Shown here in pieces: positions 48,247-59,022 of a stretch of DNA of 64,000 bases (position 1 is its first letter; every line of letters starts with the position of its first letter). The translations under genes were made by a program, and so were the position numbers. Source of the stretch: Trichormus sp. ATA11-4-KO1 (GTDB lineage Bacteria; Cyanobacteriota; Cyanobacteriia; Cyanobacteriales; Nostocaceae); the NCBI GenBank assembly GCA_019358915.1, contig JAHHIM010000017.1, forward strand, positions 24,107 through 88,106, given 5' to 3'. The notes under the pieces are model-generated. The model had not been told where the DNA came from. It saw nothing but the letters and a program-made list of their open reading frames with translations, and did not search any database.

Positions 48247-50262
48247 CTAACTATTGAGATACGTATATCTTCCTAAACTCTGCTCGTAAGTTTGTAGCAG
48301 TCTTTGAGATTCGGCGAGGGTGATGTGCTTTTCTTCTAAAGCTTTCTCGCAACGTTGGCGAATATTTTCCACCATATCCTCAGCGTCATACTGCACGTAA
48401 CTCAACACTTCGCTCATGGTGTCACCCTTGACAACGTGTTGAATTTGGTAACCTTTTGGTGTCAACTGGATATGAACTGCGTTGGTATCACCAAATAAGT
48501 TGTGCAAATTGCCCATGATTTCTTGGTAGGCTCCATTGAGGAACATACCCAAATAGTAGGGTTCTTCTGACTTGAAGGTGTGCAGTTCTAAAACTGATTT
48601 GACATCGCGCAGGTCAATAAAGCGGTCGATTTTGCCATCACTATCACAGGTGAGGTCTGCCAAAATGCCTCGCCGGATGGGTTCTTCGTCCAGGCGGTGT
48701 ATCGGCATGATGGGAAATAACTGGTCGATCGCCCAACAATCTGGTGCTGATTGAAACACTGACAGATTAATGTAGTAAATGGAAGCCATGATTTTTTCTA
48801 GGTCTTCCAATTCGTCGGGTACGTATTCTTGCTGTCTAGTGATGTTAAGTATTTTTTGACAACAAGCCCAGTAGAGTCGCTCAGCCTTAGCACGTTCTTG
48901 GAGGCGGAGAATTCCTAAGTTGAAGCGGCTGATGGCTTCTTCTTTAAATTGAGCCGCGTCGTGGTAGAACTCTTGATAATTCTCTTGGTTGATGGATTGA
49001 TAAGTTTCCCACAAGTATTTGATCACGGGGGATTCTCCCTCTTGTGGAGGTTCTGGTAAATCCAGGGGGACATCACTAGTGCTGAGAACATCAAAAATGA
49101 GTACTGACTGATGGGAGGCGATCGCTCTGCCACTTTCGCTAATCAGTGTTGGTACGGGTATCTGCCGCTCTGCACAAGTATCTTTTAACTCTGCCACAAT
49201 ATCATTGGCATAGTTTTGCATGTTGTAGTTTTTCGAGGCGTAGAAGTTGGTTTGGGAGCCGTCGTAATCTACACCCAAGCCGCCGCCAACATCCAGATAC
49301 TTCATATCTGCCCCCAACATCGCTAACTCTACATAAATGCGGCTAGCTTCTTGGATGGCATCTTTAATCACATTGATAGCAGAAATTTGTGAACCAATAT
49401 GGAAGTGCATTAACTGCAAAGAATCTAACAAGTTAGCTTCGCGTAACTTGTTAACAGCTTCCATGATTTCAGGAATTGTTAGCCCGAACTTGGCGCGATC
49501 ACCTGTGGAAGTTCCCCAACGTCCCATTCCTTGAGTACTTAACTTGGCGCGAACTCCCAAAATTGGCTTAATTCCTAACTGGCGGTTAGCCGCAATCACC
49601 AAATCGACTTCTTCCACCTGTTCTAAGACAATAATTGGTGTTTGTCCTAATCTTTGGGCTAACAATGCCGTTTCGATGTATTCTCGGTCTTTATAGCCGT
49701 TGCAAATTAACAATGCTCCCGGTGTATCCAGGATAGCTAGAGCAATCATTAATTCCGGCTTAGAACCGGCTTCTAAACCAAATTGATGGGGTTTGCCAAA
49801 TTTGACCAAATCTTCAATCAAATGCCGTTCTTGATTGCATTTAACGGGAAACACGCCACGATAAACACCAGGGTAGTTGTAGCGGGCGATCGCTTTGGAA
49901 AAACAAGCGTTCAACCGCTCAATTCGGTCTTCCAAAATATCGGAGAAGCGAATTAACAAGGGCAGTCCTAAGTTACGCTGCTTCAAGGCGTTGACTAACT
50001 CAAACAAGTCCAGAGAACCCCCGCGATCGCCCTTGGGAGAAACTGTGACATGACCTGCCGCATTAATGGAAAAATAAGGCTGTCCCCAACCTTCTATACG
50101 ATATAGTGCTTCGCTATCCTCAATTTTCCAGGAGCGAGGCAAATCTTTTGTAATAGTACTAGGTGGTAACAGCTTCTTTTGCTTGTGATTTTTTACTTCC
50201 GATTTATGTCCATTGGAAGGCATTACCACCTCTTCCGATGTAGCATTTGACTCAACACCCAT
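48247..50262 (-). CDS. speA: Biosynthetic arginine decarboxylase
   Basis: FPVKCNQ, GLEAGSKPEL, HFHIGSQI, DVGGGLGVDYDG, TCDSDG, HNLFG; ATG 50262. Confidence 0.97.
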   Translation of the reverse strand: MGVESNATSEEVVMPSNGHKSEVKNHKQKKLLPPSTITKDLPRSWKIEDSEALYRIEGWGQPYFSINAAGHVTVSPKGDRGGSLDLFELVNALKQRNLGLPLLIRFSDILEDRIERLNACFSKAIARYNYPGVYRGVFPVKCNQERHLIEDLVKFGKPHQFGLEAGSKPELMIALAILDTPGALLICNGYKDREYIETALLAQRLGQTPIIVLEQVEEVDLVIAANRQLGIKPILGVRAKLSTQGMGRWGTSTGDRAKFGLTIPEIMEAVNKLREANLLDSLQLMHFHIGSQISAINVIKDAIQEASRIYVELAMLGADMKYLDVGGGLGVDYDGSQTNFYASKNYNMQNYANDIVAELKDTCAERQIPVPTLISESGRAIASHQSVLIFDVLSTSDVPLDLPEPPQEGESPVIKYLWETYQSINQENYQEFYHDAAQFKEEAISRFNLGILRLQERAKAERLYWACCQKILNITRQQEYVPDELEDLEKIMASIYYINLSVFQSAPDCWAIDQLFPIMPIHRLDEEPIRRGILADLTCDSDGKIDRFIDLRDVKSVLELHTFKSEEPYYLGMFLNGAYQEIMGNLHNLFGDTNAVHIQLTPKGYQIQHVVKGDTMSEVLSYVQYDAEDMVENIRQRCEKALEEKHITLAESQRLLQTYEQSLGRYTYLNS

Positions 50263-50502
50263 TTTTCGTGACCTCTGTGTTTCACCCACGAATTAACAAT
50301 TTAACGCATTCAACTTGCAACGGATATGCACCTGGAGATAATTTCTGAGATAAACTCTGATTGGTCATTAGTTATGTGTCATTAGTCATTAGTTATTTGT
50401 CATTAGTCAAGAGTGAAACCTCTACACTGTGAACAAAAAACACAAGGCAAAGAACAACAACTATGACTAGATAAAAAATGTATTAAGTTTTGGGAGATAG
50501 CT

Positions 50503-50952
50503 TTGGAACGCACATTCTTAGCAATTAAGCCTGATGGCGTACAGCGTGGACTAGTAGCTGAAATTATCCGTCGCTTTGAAACTAAAGGTTTTACCCTTGT
50601 TGGTTTAAAGTTCATGAAAGTCAACCGAGAATTGGCTGAACAGCACTATGATGTTCACCGGGAACGTCCTTTTTTTGCTAGTTTAGTTGAATTTATCACC
50701 TCTGGCCCGGTAGTGGCGATGGTTTGGGAAGGGGATGGCGTTGTTGCTTCTGCGAGAAAAATTATTGGTGCAACAAATCCTTTAACAGCAGAACCAGGAA
50801 CTATTCGGGGCGATTTTGGCATTAATATCGGACGCAACCTGATCCACGGTTCTGATGCTCAAGAAACCGCACAAAGGGAAATAGCCCTGTGGTTTACAGA
50901 CGAAGAATTAGTTAGTTGGCAACCGCACTTAACACCTTGGTTGCACGAGTAA
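50503..50952 (+). CDS. ndk: Nucleoside-diphosphate kinase
   Basis: [30 protein letters not shown]. Confidence 0.99.
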   Translation: MERTFLAIKPDGVQRGLVAEIIRRFETKGFTLVGLKFMKVNRELAEQHYDVHRERPFFASLVEFITSGPVVAMVWEGDGVVASARKIIGATNPLTAEPGTIRGDFGINIGRNLIHGSDAQETAQREIALWFTDEELVSWQPHLTPWLHE

Positions 50953-51064
50953 ATTAGGGAATGGGGAAGGTGGGGCCCCCTCTGGGGATAAGGGGCAATG
51001 GGCGTTGGGAATTGGGTGAAATTGCTTCTATAATTCTCCCTCACTCCCCTGCTCCCCTGCTCCC

Positions 51065-51793
51065 TCACTCCCTACTCCCTACTTCACTCTTTTCCGGTTC
51101 TACTTCAGTTACTTCAACGAGGGTACGTTGAGAAAATCCCCAGGCTAAAGTTAGGGCGATCACAGAAATCATAATCCATTCTGGTGGAACTAAATCTTCG
51201 TTGACCACTCTCAATAACAGGCGCAAACCTACAAACGCCACAGTAATATAGCCTGCATCTTCTAGGTTTTTAAATTCATCTAACCAACGGATAAACAATC
51301 CTGCCATGAATCGCAGGGTGATAATCCCAATTGTTGCACCTGTAAGTACCAACCATTTTTCTTGAGAAACAGCGATCGCAGTTGTCACACTATCTAAAGA
51401 AAATGCCAAATCTGTAAATGCAATCACAGGGATCGCTTGCAATAAGGAGTTAAATCGCGGCCCGTGATGATGATCATCCTGAGTTGCTTGGGAGGTAAAG
51501 TGTTGGAATACCAGCCACAGCAAGTAAGCTGCGCCCAATAGTTCAAACTGCCAGAATTTCTGCACCCAAGTGGCAGTAAGAATTAAACTGATTCGTAGCA
51601 CATAAGCAACAACTAAACCAAAGTTGAGCGCTCGACGTTCCAGTTCTTTGTCTTCCAGTCCTTGGGCGATCGCCGCTAGGGCTATGGCGTTGTCAGCAGA
51701 TAGCACCGCCTCTAAAAAAACCAGGATCAGCAGGACTATCGGAGCTTCAACGCTGAAATTAAAGTGCAGATAATCAAAAATATGGTCTAGCAT
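51065..51793 (-). CDS. TerC family membrane protein
   Basis: LEAVLSADNA, DLAFSLDSV. Confidence 0.92.
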   Translation of the reverse strand: MLDHIFDYLHFNFSVEAPIVLLILVFLEAVLSADNAIALAAIAQGLEDKELERRALNFGLVVAYVLRISLILTATWVQKFWQFELLGAAYLLWLVFQHFTSQATQDDHHHGPRFNSLLQAIPVIAFTDLAFSLDSVTTAIAVSQEKWLVLTGATIGIITLRFMAGLFIRWLDEFKNLEDAGYITVAFVGLRLLLRVVNEDLVPPEWIMISVIALTLAWGFSQRTLVEVTEVEPEKSEVGSRE

Positions 51794-52163
51794 TCCGGGT
51801 TTCTCAAGCAGGGAAAATAAAAAGTTAACAAAATTAGCCTAATTGATATAACAAGAGCAACAAATTGCTACTTTCATTCAGCTTAACGCGTGGCTGTTGT
51901 ATTCTGAAGATCCTTGCATCCATGCGATCGCATTATAAGTAGGGTGTTTTAGGTGTTATTCAATACTCTAAAAGTCTTAATATTCTCCTGAAGAAATACC
52001 TGGCGATCGCTCATCGCGACTAGACACAGGCGCAAAGGTTTGTGTAAACCCAGACTACTAGTCTAAGATGCTACTTTTTTGGTTACCTACATCCAGCTTA
52101 AGGGCTGTGATATTATGGGAGACTGCTGCATACATTGTAAAATCACTAAAAAGTAAATCGATC

Positions 52164-52433
52164 ATGGCTCTGACGCAACAGCGCAAACAAGAAATAATGT
52201 CGAACTATCAAGTTCACGAAACCGACACCGGATCTGCCGAAGTCCAAGTTGCCATGCTGAGCGAGCGCATTAGCCGCCTCAGCCTACATCTCCAGGCAAA
52301 TAAAAAAGACCATTCTTCTCGGCGGGGATTGTTGAAGATGATTGGTCAGCGCAAGCGTCTTCTCGCTTATATCCAGAAGGGAAGCCGGGAAAAGTACCAA
52401 GCTTTGATTGCTCGTCTCGGTATTCGTGGATAG
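52164..52433 (+). CDS. rpsO: 30S ribosomal protein S15
   Basis: [10 protein letters not shown]...[12 protein letters not shown]...[20 protein letters not shown]; 89 aa from ATG 52164. Confidence 0.99.
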   Translation: MALTQQRKQEIMSNYQVHETDTGSAEVQVAMLSERISRLSLHLQANKKDHSSRRGLLKMIGQRKRLLAYIQKGSREKYQALIARLGIRG

Positions 52434-52445
52434 GAACTACCGCTT

Positions 52446-52916
52446 ATGTCTGCTGAAGAATCTGAACGCAGTCGCCTGCCTTTTGAACCGAAAACAAAGC
52501 GCCAAAAATCCCCAAAAGCTACTAGTAAACTACCAACACAGCCAAAAGGCTTGGAAAAACAGGCTAGTAAGCAGCCACCTTTCAATAAAGCAGAGATGGC
52601 AATTCCCCAAGTTGTTAGCCAGCGCATGATCCGACGGGTGGCCGGTTTTTGTGGAATACCTACATTTTTGGGTATCGCCACCCTAGTCGTTAGTTATTTG
52701 CTTGCTACCTACTCCGAAATTAAACTGCCTCCCATCGCCGTGTTACTGGTAAATATGGGATTATTTGGTATAGGGGTTGTGGGGATAACTTATGGTGTAC
52801 TCTCAGCTTCGTGGGATGAAGAAAGAGCCGGAAGCCTACTGGGTTTGGGTGAATTTAGCACCAATTGGGGACGCATGGTGGAAGTTTGGCGCGAAACTCG
52901 GCAAAAAAACGGATAA
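52446..52916 (+). CDS. PAM68 family PSII assembly protein
   Basis: IPQVVSQRMIRRV, YGVLSASWDEE..GSLLG; conserved position after rpsO. Confidence 0.92.
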   Translation: MSAEESERSRLPFEPKTKRQKSPKATSKLPTQPKGLEKQASKQPPFNKAEMAIPQVVSQRMIRRVAGFCGIPTFLGIATLVVSYLLATYSEIKLPPIAVLLVNMGLFGIGVVGITYGVLSASWDEERAGSLLGLGEFSTNWGRMVEVWRETRQKNG

Positions 52917-53091
52917 TGTTCAGCGCTCAGATCGTCAGATAACTGCGGTATTGGGTTCATTTTCCAGTAAATGTTGAAGTTGATATTTGATAACTTCAAC
53001 ATTGCCAAATAAAAATTTATAATCTTTGACTAAACCCAATATTCAGTTACGAAATTCCTGAGCGCTCCATCTTTATGTAGTAGTAAAAATT

Positions 53092-53196
53092 GGCATTGCA
53101 TAAATGCGGGATGAATTGATATTTTTGATAAAGGATAAAGGTATATTCTTTGCGCCTTTGCGCAAAACCAAATTCATCCCATCAATCAGCAACGCC
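53092..53196. mobile_element. Degenerate 105-bp MITE
   Basis: Imperfect 26-bp terminal inverted repeats (18/26) GGCRTTGC...GGGATGAATT; GGCGTTGC end-like motifs also near 19438 and 20389. Confidence 0.55.
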
Positions 53197-53252
53197 TAAA
53201 AATTTAAACTAAATTAAATAAGAAGGATGATCTTCCTTCTTCCCTCTAACTT

Positions 53253-53546
53253 CATGAAGAGTGCTGAGTTAAAAAACCGCCCACACTTCGGCAAGAGTTC
53301 GGCGAAGGCTACTTCGACAAGGCTCAGTACAAGTCACTCGAGCCGCTCAGTGACCACAATTCGCGGGGTATCAACCTTCTGACAGTAATAAGATTCCGCC
53401 CACACTTTGGCAAGGCTCAGTGACCACAAGGGACGGGGCTTGTACCGAGTGCGAAAGTCCTTCCTTCTTCTTCTTTTGACTCAGCACTCCCCTTCGGCTT
53501 CGCTCAGGGCAAGCGCACTCAGCACTCAGCACTGAGTAAGGTTAAA
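53253..53546. repeat. Composite STRR/REP-like element, left of aroF
   Basis: Inverted copy of 54663-54846, with an internal duplication of the CCGCCCACACTT.GGCAAG module. Confidence 0.8.
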
Positions 53547-53613
53547 TAAAAGAAATAAGATAAAGTTACTCCTACTTGTTTGAGGTTCAACTCAATTCAT
53601 CAAGGAAATTAAT

Positions 53614-54690
53614 ATGATCGTAGTCATGAAAAGTGGTTCCCCGGAAGCGGAAATTAACCGCATTAGCGAGGAACTAGTAAGCTGGGGACTGACACCAGAA
53701 AAAATCGTCGGTAAACATAAGGTAGTAATTGGTCTAGTAGGTGAAACAGCTAGCTTAGACCCGTTGCAAGTCCAGGAAGTCAGCCCTTGGATTGAACAAG
53801 TATTGCGGGTAGAGTTGCCGTATAAACGGGCTAGCCGCCAGTTCCGCCACGGGGAAGCTTCTGAGGTAATTATTAGCACTCCTGATGGCGACGTTGCAGT
53901 TGGGGAAAACCACCCTTTAGTAGTTGTAGCTGGCCCTTGCTCCGTAGAAAACGAAGCCATGATTGTGGAAACAGCACAACGCGTTAAGGCAGCAGGAGCT
54001 AAGTTTTTACGTGGTGGGGCATACAAACCCAGAACTTCACCTTATGCCTTCCAAGGACATGGTGAGAGTGCCTTAGAGTTATTGGCCAAGGCGCGGGAAG
54101 TGAGCGGATTAGGGATTATTACAGAAGTAATGGATGCCGCCGAATTGGATATCATCGCCGAAGTTGCCGATGTGATTCAGGTGGGGGCAAGAAATATGCA
54201 AAACTTCTCCCTGCTGAAAAAAGTGGGAGCGCAGCCGAAACCAGTTCTTTTAAAGCGGGGAATGGCAGCCACCATTGAAGATTGGTTAATGGCAGCCGAG
54301 TATATTTTGGCAGCCGGAAACCCGAATGTAATTTTATGTGAGCGGGGAATTCGCACCTTTGACCGCCAGCATACTCGCAATACATTAGATTTATCAGTAG
54401 TGCCAGTATTGCGAAAACTCACTCACCTGCCAATCATGATTGACCCCAGTCATGGCACAGGCTGGTCAGAGTTTGTGCCTGCAATGGCAATGGCAGCGAT
54501 CGCAGCTGGAACTGATTCTCTGATGATTGAGGTTCACCCCAACCCTACCAAAGCCTTATCTGATGGGCCCCAATCTCTGACACCAGAACGGTTTGACTAT
54601 TTAATGCAAGAATTAGCCGTGATTGGGAAAGCCGTGGGACGTTGGCCGCAACCACTGGTGGCTTTAACCCTACTCAGTGCTGAGTGCTGA
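53614..54690 (+). CDS. aroF: 3-deoxy-7-phosphoheptulonate (DAHP) synthase, class I-beta
   Basis: AGPCSVE, RGGAYKPRTSPY.FQG, GARNMQNF, LKRG, DPSHGTG. Confidence 0.97.
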   Translation: MIVVMKSGSPEAEINRISEELVSWGLTPEKIVGKHKVVIGLVGETASLDPLQVQEVSPWIEQVLRVELPYKRASRQFRHGEASEVIISTPDGDVAVGENHPLVVVAGPCSVENEAMIVETAQRVKAAGAKFLRGGAYKPRTSPYAFQGHGESALELLAKAREVSGLGIITEVMDAAELDIIAEVADVIQVGARNMQNFSLLKKVGAQPKPVLLKRGMAATIEDWLMAAEYILAAGNPNVILCERGIRTFDRQHTRNTLDLSVVPVLRKLTHLPIMIDPSHGTGWSEFVPAMAMAAIAAGTDSLMIEVHPNPTKALSDGPQSLTPERFDYLMQELAVIGKAVGRWPQPLVALTLLSAEC

Positions 54691-54846
54691 GTGCTGAGTG
54701 CTGAGTGTGCTTGCCCTGAGCGAAGTCGAAGGGGAGTGCTGAGTAAGAAGAATATTCAGCACTTTCGCACTTGGTAAATGCCCCGCCCTTACGGTCAGTG
54801 AGCCTTGCCTAAGTGTGGGCGGTCTTTTAACTCAGCACTCTTGATG
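54663..54846. repeat. Composite STRR/REP-like element overlapping the aroF 3' end
   Basis: Reverse complement aligns with 53253-53546; supplies the last aroF codons and stop. Confidence 0.8.
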
Positions 54847-54860
54847 TAATTCGTAATTTC

Positions 54861-55742
54861 TTAGCGTCGTCTGCCGCCGGATGAGCGGACGCGACTGCCT
54901 GAAGAACGTCCACTACCAAAACTTCTACCAGTGCTGCGTCTGGTGGAACCAGACCTGTTAGAAGGTCTTAGGTTACTGCTACCATAACCGGAACCAGAGG
55001 GACGATTTGTTGTAGTTGTGCGGGGTCTCGCGTTACGTACAGTTGAACTACCAGGAGATGACCTTCTAATAGTTCCTGTAGTGCGGAAGGCAGTGCGATT
55101 TCGCTCAACTGCTGGGGGTGCATTGTAGCGACTCCGATATCTATTCACTGCTTGATCATAGGTGTTGCCATAACCACCAAAGCCAGTTAGCACTCCTCCT
55201 GACTGATAAGCAGGTGGCACATAGTATTGAGGTCTAAACAACGCATTACCGATCGCCTGACCTGCCAAGCTACCAGCTAAAGACCCGGCAAAAGGAGACC
55301 AGAAATTACTTTCTCTGCGAACTACGACTGTTTCTTGTTGTCCTGTTTGAGGATTGGTTTGTGTTTCCGTGACGTTGTGGACGTACTCAATTTTAAAGTC
55401 TTCCGTTATGTACAAAGCAGGCTGTCCGTTTTCCACCTTCAGGGAACTTTTCTTTCCCTCTTTGATTTCTTCATCGGTGAGTCTTGCCATTTGCAAGTTG
55501 TCGGTTTTAAACGTTGGGGGTGTAGTGTTGAGTAAAAACAGCGTGTACTCCCCAGTAGCATCATCAAAGCTAGCTTGTTGTACTTGATACTCACCATCAC
55601 TGAGCTTGGTGGGAGTAGAGGTTTGGCTAACATTCCGACCTGGAGCGGTAGTTTGATTGGCACCACCGCAGGCGACAGTTGTTAAGCATAAACTCACCGC
55701 TAAAAAAACAACCGTAAATTTCCGTAATATTGTCATGAGCAT
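54861..55742 (-). CDS. Conserved lipoprotein with Arg/Ser/Gly-rich C-terminal tail
   Basis: Lipobox TVAC-GG; basic low-complexity tail; start uncertain. Confidence 0.8.
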   Translation of the reverse strand: MLMTILRKFTVVFLAVSLCLTTVACGGANQTTAPGRNVSQTSTPTKLSDGEYQVQQASFDDATGEYTLFLLNTTPPTFKTDNLQMARLTDEEIKEGKKSSLKVENGQPALYITEDFKIEYVHNVTETQTNPQTGQQETVVVRRESNFWSPFAGSLAGSLAGQAIGNALFRPQYYVPPAYQSGGVLTGFGGYGNTYDQAVNRYRSRYNAPPAVERNRTAFRTTGTIRRSSPGSSTVRNARPRTTTTNRPSGSGYGSSNLRPSNRSGSTRRSTGRSFGSGRSSGSRVRSSGGRRR

Positions 55743-55810
55743 TTCACTATGTCCTATTTTGAGCTTAACAAGTCTCAATTGGGGTAGTAATTTAGAGATT
55801 ACCCAACAAG

Positions 55811-56398
55811 TTACAAAGGAATCAATTCTGGGTAATATTGCAACAGCTGATCATTAGTGAGTTCATCACCTAGCTGTGCTGGGGAGAAATGTATCTGAAT
55901 AGCGCGGAGTTGATCTTTGTAGTGCAAATTAATTAAAGCTTTCAACGCATCCTTGAGGGCGGGAATATTTGAAAGGTCGGTTTCTAAATCGGGAACTTCC
56001 CCTTCATAAGCCACAGTAATCATCACAATGACGTTACGGGTTACAGGTATGGCAAAGGGCTGATTTAAATCAGCATCAACATCAAAATCAGCACCATAGC
56101 GTTCGGCACAGTCACTAAACAAGTCATTGACGTAATCTCCCGCCTCACCTTCATCCCAAAAGACATCACCTTCATTGGCAGCAGAAAGCCACGATTCATC
56201 GTATCGCAACAAAGTTTCGCAAATTTCTACTAATCCTTCTCCCAAAACTTTCAGGTCACCTTCAGCATCAATTGCTTCTCGTGCTGTACTATTGAGTACT
56301 CCCAAAATTGGTGCTACATCAGACCCAGCTAAATGTAGAAATAAGCGACAGACTACAAAGCGAGTCCGACCCATCATTTTATTGAACGTACCGCGCAT
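55811..56398 (-). CDS. DUF1517 domain protein
   Basis: C-terminal GDELTNDQLLQYYPELIPL motif. Confidence 0.75.
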   Translation of the reverse strand: MRGTFNKMMGRTRFVVCRLFLHLAGSDVAPILGVLNSTAREAIDAEGDLKVLGEGLVEICETLLRYDESWLSAANEGDVFWDEGEAGDYVNDLFSDCAERYGADFDVDADLNQPFAIPVTRNVIVMITVAYEGEVPDLETDLSNIPALKDALKALINLHYKDQLRAIQIHFSPAQLGDELTNDQLLQYYPELIPL

Positions 56399-56443
56399 TT
56401 GCTTCCTCCAGAATTTTCACCAAGATACTGCAAAATCATGTTT

Positions 56444-58012
56444 CTAATATTGACTGATATAGTGGAAACTTTTGACAAAATCCACAGCCATATTTAATCT
56501 AGGTGGTGTAGCTATAGTAGCTTCACTAGCTATGTCAGGTAAAAATGTCACATCAGGCTCAGAGGAATTAATAAATCGTTTACCAAAATTAGGGTGATCA
56601 TAGACAATTAAAGTTTGAGCGCTGGAATTTGTTAATATTGTCTGGGTAGCTGTTGTACAAAAAGTTAATTTGGCTGCTAATTCCAAATTTCTTTTGATTT
56701 TTCTAATTGTTTGAGCCTGATTCATAGCTTGCTGGATCAAAGTAGTTAATTGCCTCACCCTATCGGGTGCTTTTAAACCCAGTTGAGATAGATTTTGTTT
56801 TTCGAGCATTTCCACTATTGTATAAATGTGTTTTTGGGTATTAGTAGCATCTTTAAATGGCAAAATCACAATCCAAGCTGTCGGAAATAAAGCTTCATCG
56901 TTGTCTACTCGAAAAGTCAAGACAGTGCGGCGACGACCAATTTCCATACTGGGTGGTTGTTTCAGCCCTTGGTATACCTGAGCAATTTGGTAATAAGCAC
57001 CAGCTAAGGCAAAGTTTGCCTCGTGTTCTAGGGGTGCGTCAACGATAATCCGGATTGTGGGCGCAGTTTCATTAAAAAAGTCGGCTGCATCTTCGGCGTT
57101 AAATTTTTGAATAATTGAGCGATCGCCATTCGGACTCAGATCAACCCATTCACAAGTTATACCTTCAGTTTTTAACCCAAACCGGGAAGTAGCATAAAGT
57201 TTTGCCCCGGTTAAAATCGCCCCGGTTAAATCTGCACCGCTCCATTCTGCCTTAATTAAGATTGCTTGCGTTAAATTCGCATGAACTAAACTGGCATTTG
57301 TTAAATTGGCATTGCTTAAATCTGCACCAATTAAGTTAGCCCCGCTCAATTTAGCCCCACTTAAATCTGTCCAACGAAGATTTGCTCCGCTTAAATCTGC
57401 CCAACGGAGATTTGCTCCGCTTAAATCTGCGCCACTGAGGTTTGCATGACTGAGACTTGCTTGTTTGAGTTCAGCATCTCGCACATTCGCACCACTAAGG
57501 TCAGAACGACTCAAGTCAGTGGCGTTTAAGTTAGCCATCTCTAAGTTGGCTCCCGCCAAGGAACAGGCTTTTAAACTAGCCTCACTTAAGTTAGCATGAC
57601 GCAGATTAGCTTGCCGTAGTGTAGCTTCTCGTAAATCGGCACAGTTTAAGTTAGCTTCAAACAAGTCAGCGCGACTGAGATCAGCACGAATTAACTCAGC
57701 ACGCACCAAAGATGCTCCCCGCAGTTGAGCGCGACTGAGATCGGCGCGAATCAAATTAGCTACATTGAGACTAGAATCGTTGAGGATGGCACTGTCAAGA
57801 TTCACGCCACTGAGTCTGGCCACATTCAGCTTGACATAACTTAAATTGGCGGCGCTGAGATTTGCACCACTCAAGTTAACAACACTCAAGTCAGCTGAAC
57901 TGAGATTCACACCACTGAGTTTGACACCACTCAGATTAGCTTCACAAAGGTCAACACCACTAAAATCGATGACTCCTGCTGCGTATTGTTCTAGCAATTC
58001 CTCTACAGTCAT
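56444..58012 (-). CDS. Pentapeptide repeat protein
   Basis: Long A(D/N)LxX repeats followed by a unique C-terminal domain. Confidence 0.95.
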   Translation of the reverse strand: MTVEELLEQYAAGVIDFSGVDLCEANLSGVKLSGVNLSSADLSVVNLSGANLSAANLSYVKLNVARLSGVNLDSAILNDSSLNVANLIRADLSRAQLRGASLVRAELIRADLSRADLFEANLNCADLREATLRQANLRHANLSEASLKACSLAGANLEMANLNATDLSRSDLSGANVRDAELKQASLSHANLSGADLSGANLRWADLSGANLRWTDLSGAKLSGANLIGADLSNANLTNASLVHANLTQAILIKAEWSGADLTGAILTGAKLYATSRFGLKTEGITCEWVDLSPNGDRSIIQKFNAEDAADFFNETAPTIRIIVDAPLEHEANFALAGAYYQIAQVYQGLKQPPSMEIGRRRTVLTFRVDNDEALFPTAWIVILPFKDATNTQKHIYTIVEMLEKQNLSQLGLKAPDRVRQLTTLIQQAMNQAQTIRKIKRNLELAAKLTFCTTATQTILTNSSAQTLIVYDHPNFGKRFINSSEPDVTFLPDIASEATIATPPRLNMAVDFVKSFHYISQY

Positions 58013-58094
58013 GAATGCTACCCCTCAAATACCAACTGTAGTAGTTGATAAAGTATGCAGAAAATAAGTAATAGATAAACTGTCAAAATCAAAA

Positions 58095-58934
58095 ATGAAA
58101 ATTGGTATTTTAGGACTCGGATTGATAGGTGGTTCCTTGGGTTACGATTTGCGATCGCCAGGACATCATGTTTTGGGAGTCAGCCGCCGACAATCTACCT
58201 GTGAAAAAGCGATCACTTTAGGTAGTGTAGATGAGGCATCTGTGGACATGAGTTTATTGGCAACCGCAGAAGTTGTATTTATTTGTACACCTATTGCGCT
58301 TATTGTTCCCCAATTGCAGCAGCTGATTAATCATTTGCCTGCTACTACGGTGGTGACTGATGTTGGTTCAGTGAAAGCACCAATAGTCCAGGCAATTTCT
58401 CCTTTGTGGTCAAATTTTATTGGTGGTCATCCAATGGCTGGGACAGCAGATAGTGGCATAGAAGCTGCCCAAAAGAATTTATTTGTGGGTAGACCTTATG
58501 TACTGACACCGGATGAGACAACGCCAAAGACAGCAATTTCAGTGGTAGAAGAAATTGTGCGATCGCTTGGTGCTAATCTTTATTATTGTCAGCCAGAACA
58601 ACATGACCGGGCTGTGAGTTGGATTTCCCATTTACCTGTGATGGTCAGTGCGGCGTTGATTGCTGCTTGCATGGGTGAAACTGACCCCGCAGTTTTACAA
58701 TTAGCCCAAAATTTAGCTAGTTCTGGGTTTCGTGATACCAGCCGTGTCGGTGGTGGCAATCCAGAATTAGGGGTGATGATGGCGCAGTATAATCGCCAAG
58801 CATTGCTGAGTTCATTACAACAATATCGCCATCATCTTGATGAATTAACTAATTTAATTGCACAGGAAGATTGGGCAGCTTTAGAGTCAAAATTACAGTC
58901 AACAGGTAAGGCTAGACCAAATTTTGTGGAATAG
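58095..58934 (+). CDS. tyrA: Prephenate/arogenate dehydrogenase
   Basis: GLGLIGGS, TDVGSVK, FIGGHPMAG, HD.AVSWISHLP, SGFRDTSRV. Confidence 0.96.
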   Translation: MKIGILGLGLIGGSLGYDLRSPGHHVLGVSRRQSTCEKAITLGSVDEASVDMSLLATAEVVFICTPIALIVPQLQQLINHLPATTVVTDVGSVKAPIVQAISPLWSNFIGGHPMAGTADSGIEAAQKNLFVGRPYVLTPDETTPKTAISVVEEIVRSLGANLYYCQPEQHDRAVSWISHLPVMVSAALIAACMGETDPAVLQLAQNLASSGFRDTSRVGGGNPELGVMMAQYNRQALLSSLQQYRHHLDELTNLIAQEDWAALESKLQSTGKARPNFVE

Positions 58935-59022
58935 TTTCCAGTTAGGCGATCGCTAGTTTTCTTGTTAATAAGCAATTAGCGATCGCCCTAAAAAACATTT
59001 CCCTCAATTATTCAGCTAGTTA

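Noticed and set aside
53253..54846. CRISPR array
   Set aside because: The repeats are tandem heptamers and REP-like modules without regular unique spacers, and there is no cas operon. The PD-(D/E)XK gene at 62399-63199 is a stand-alone nuclease.
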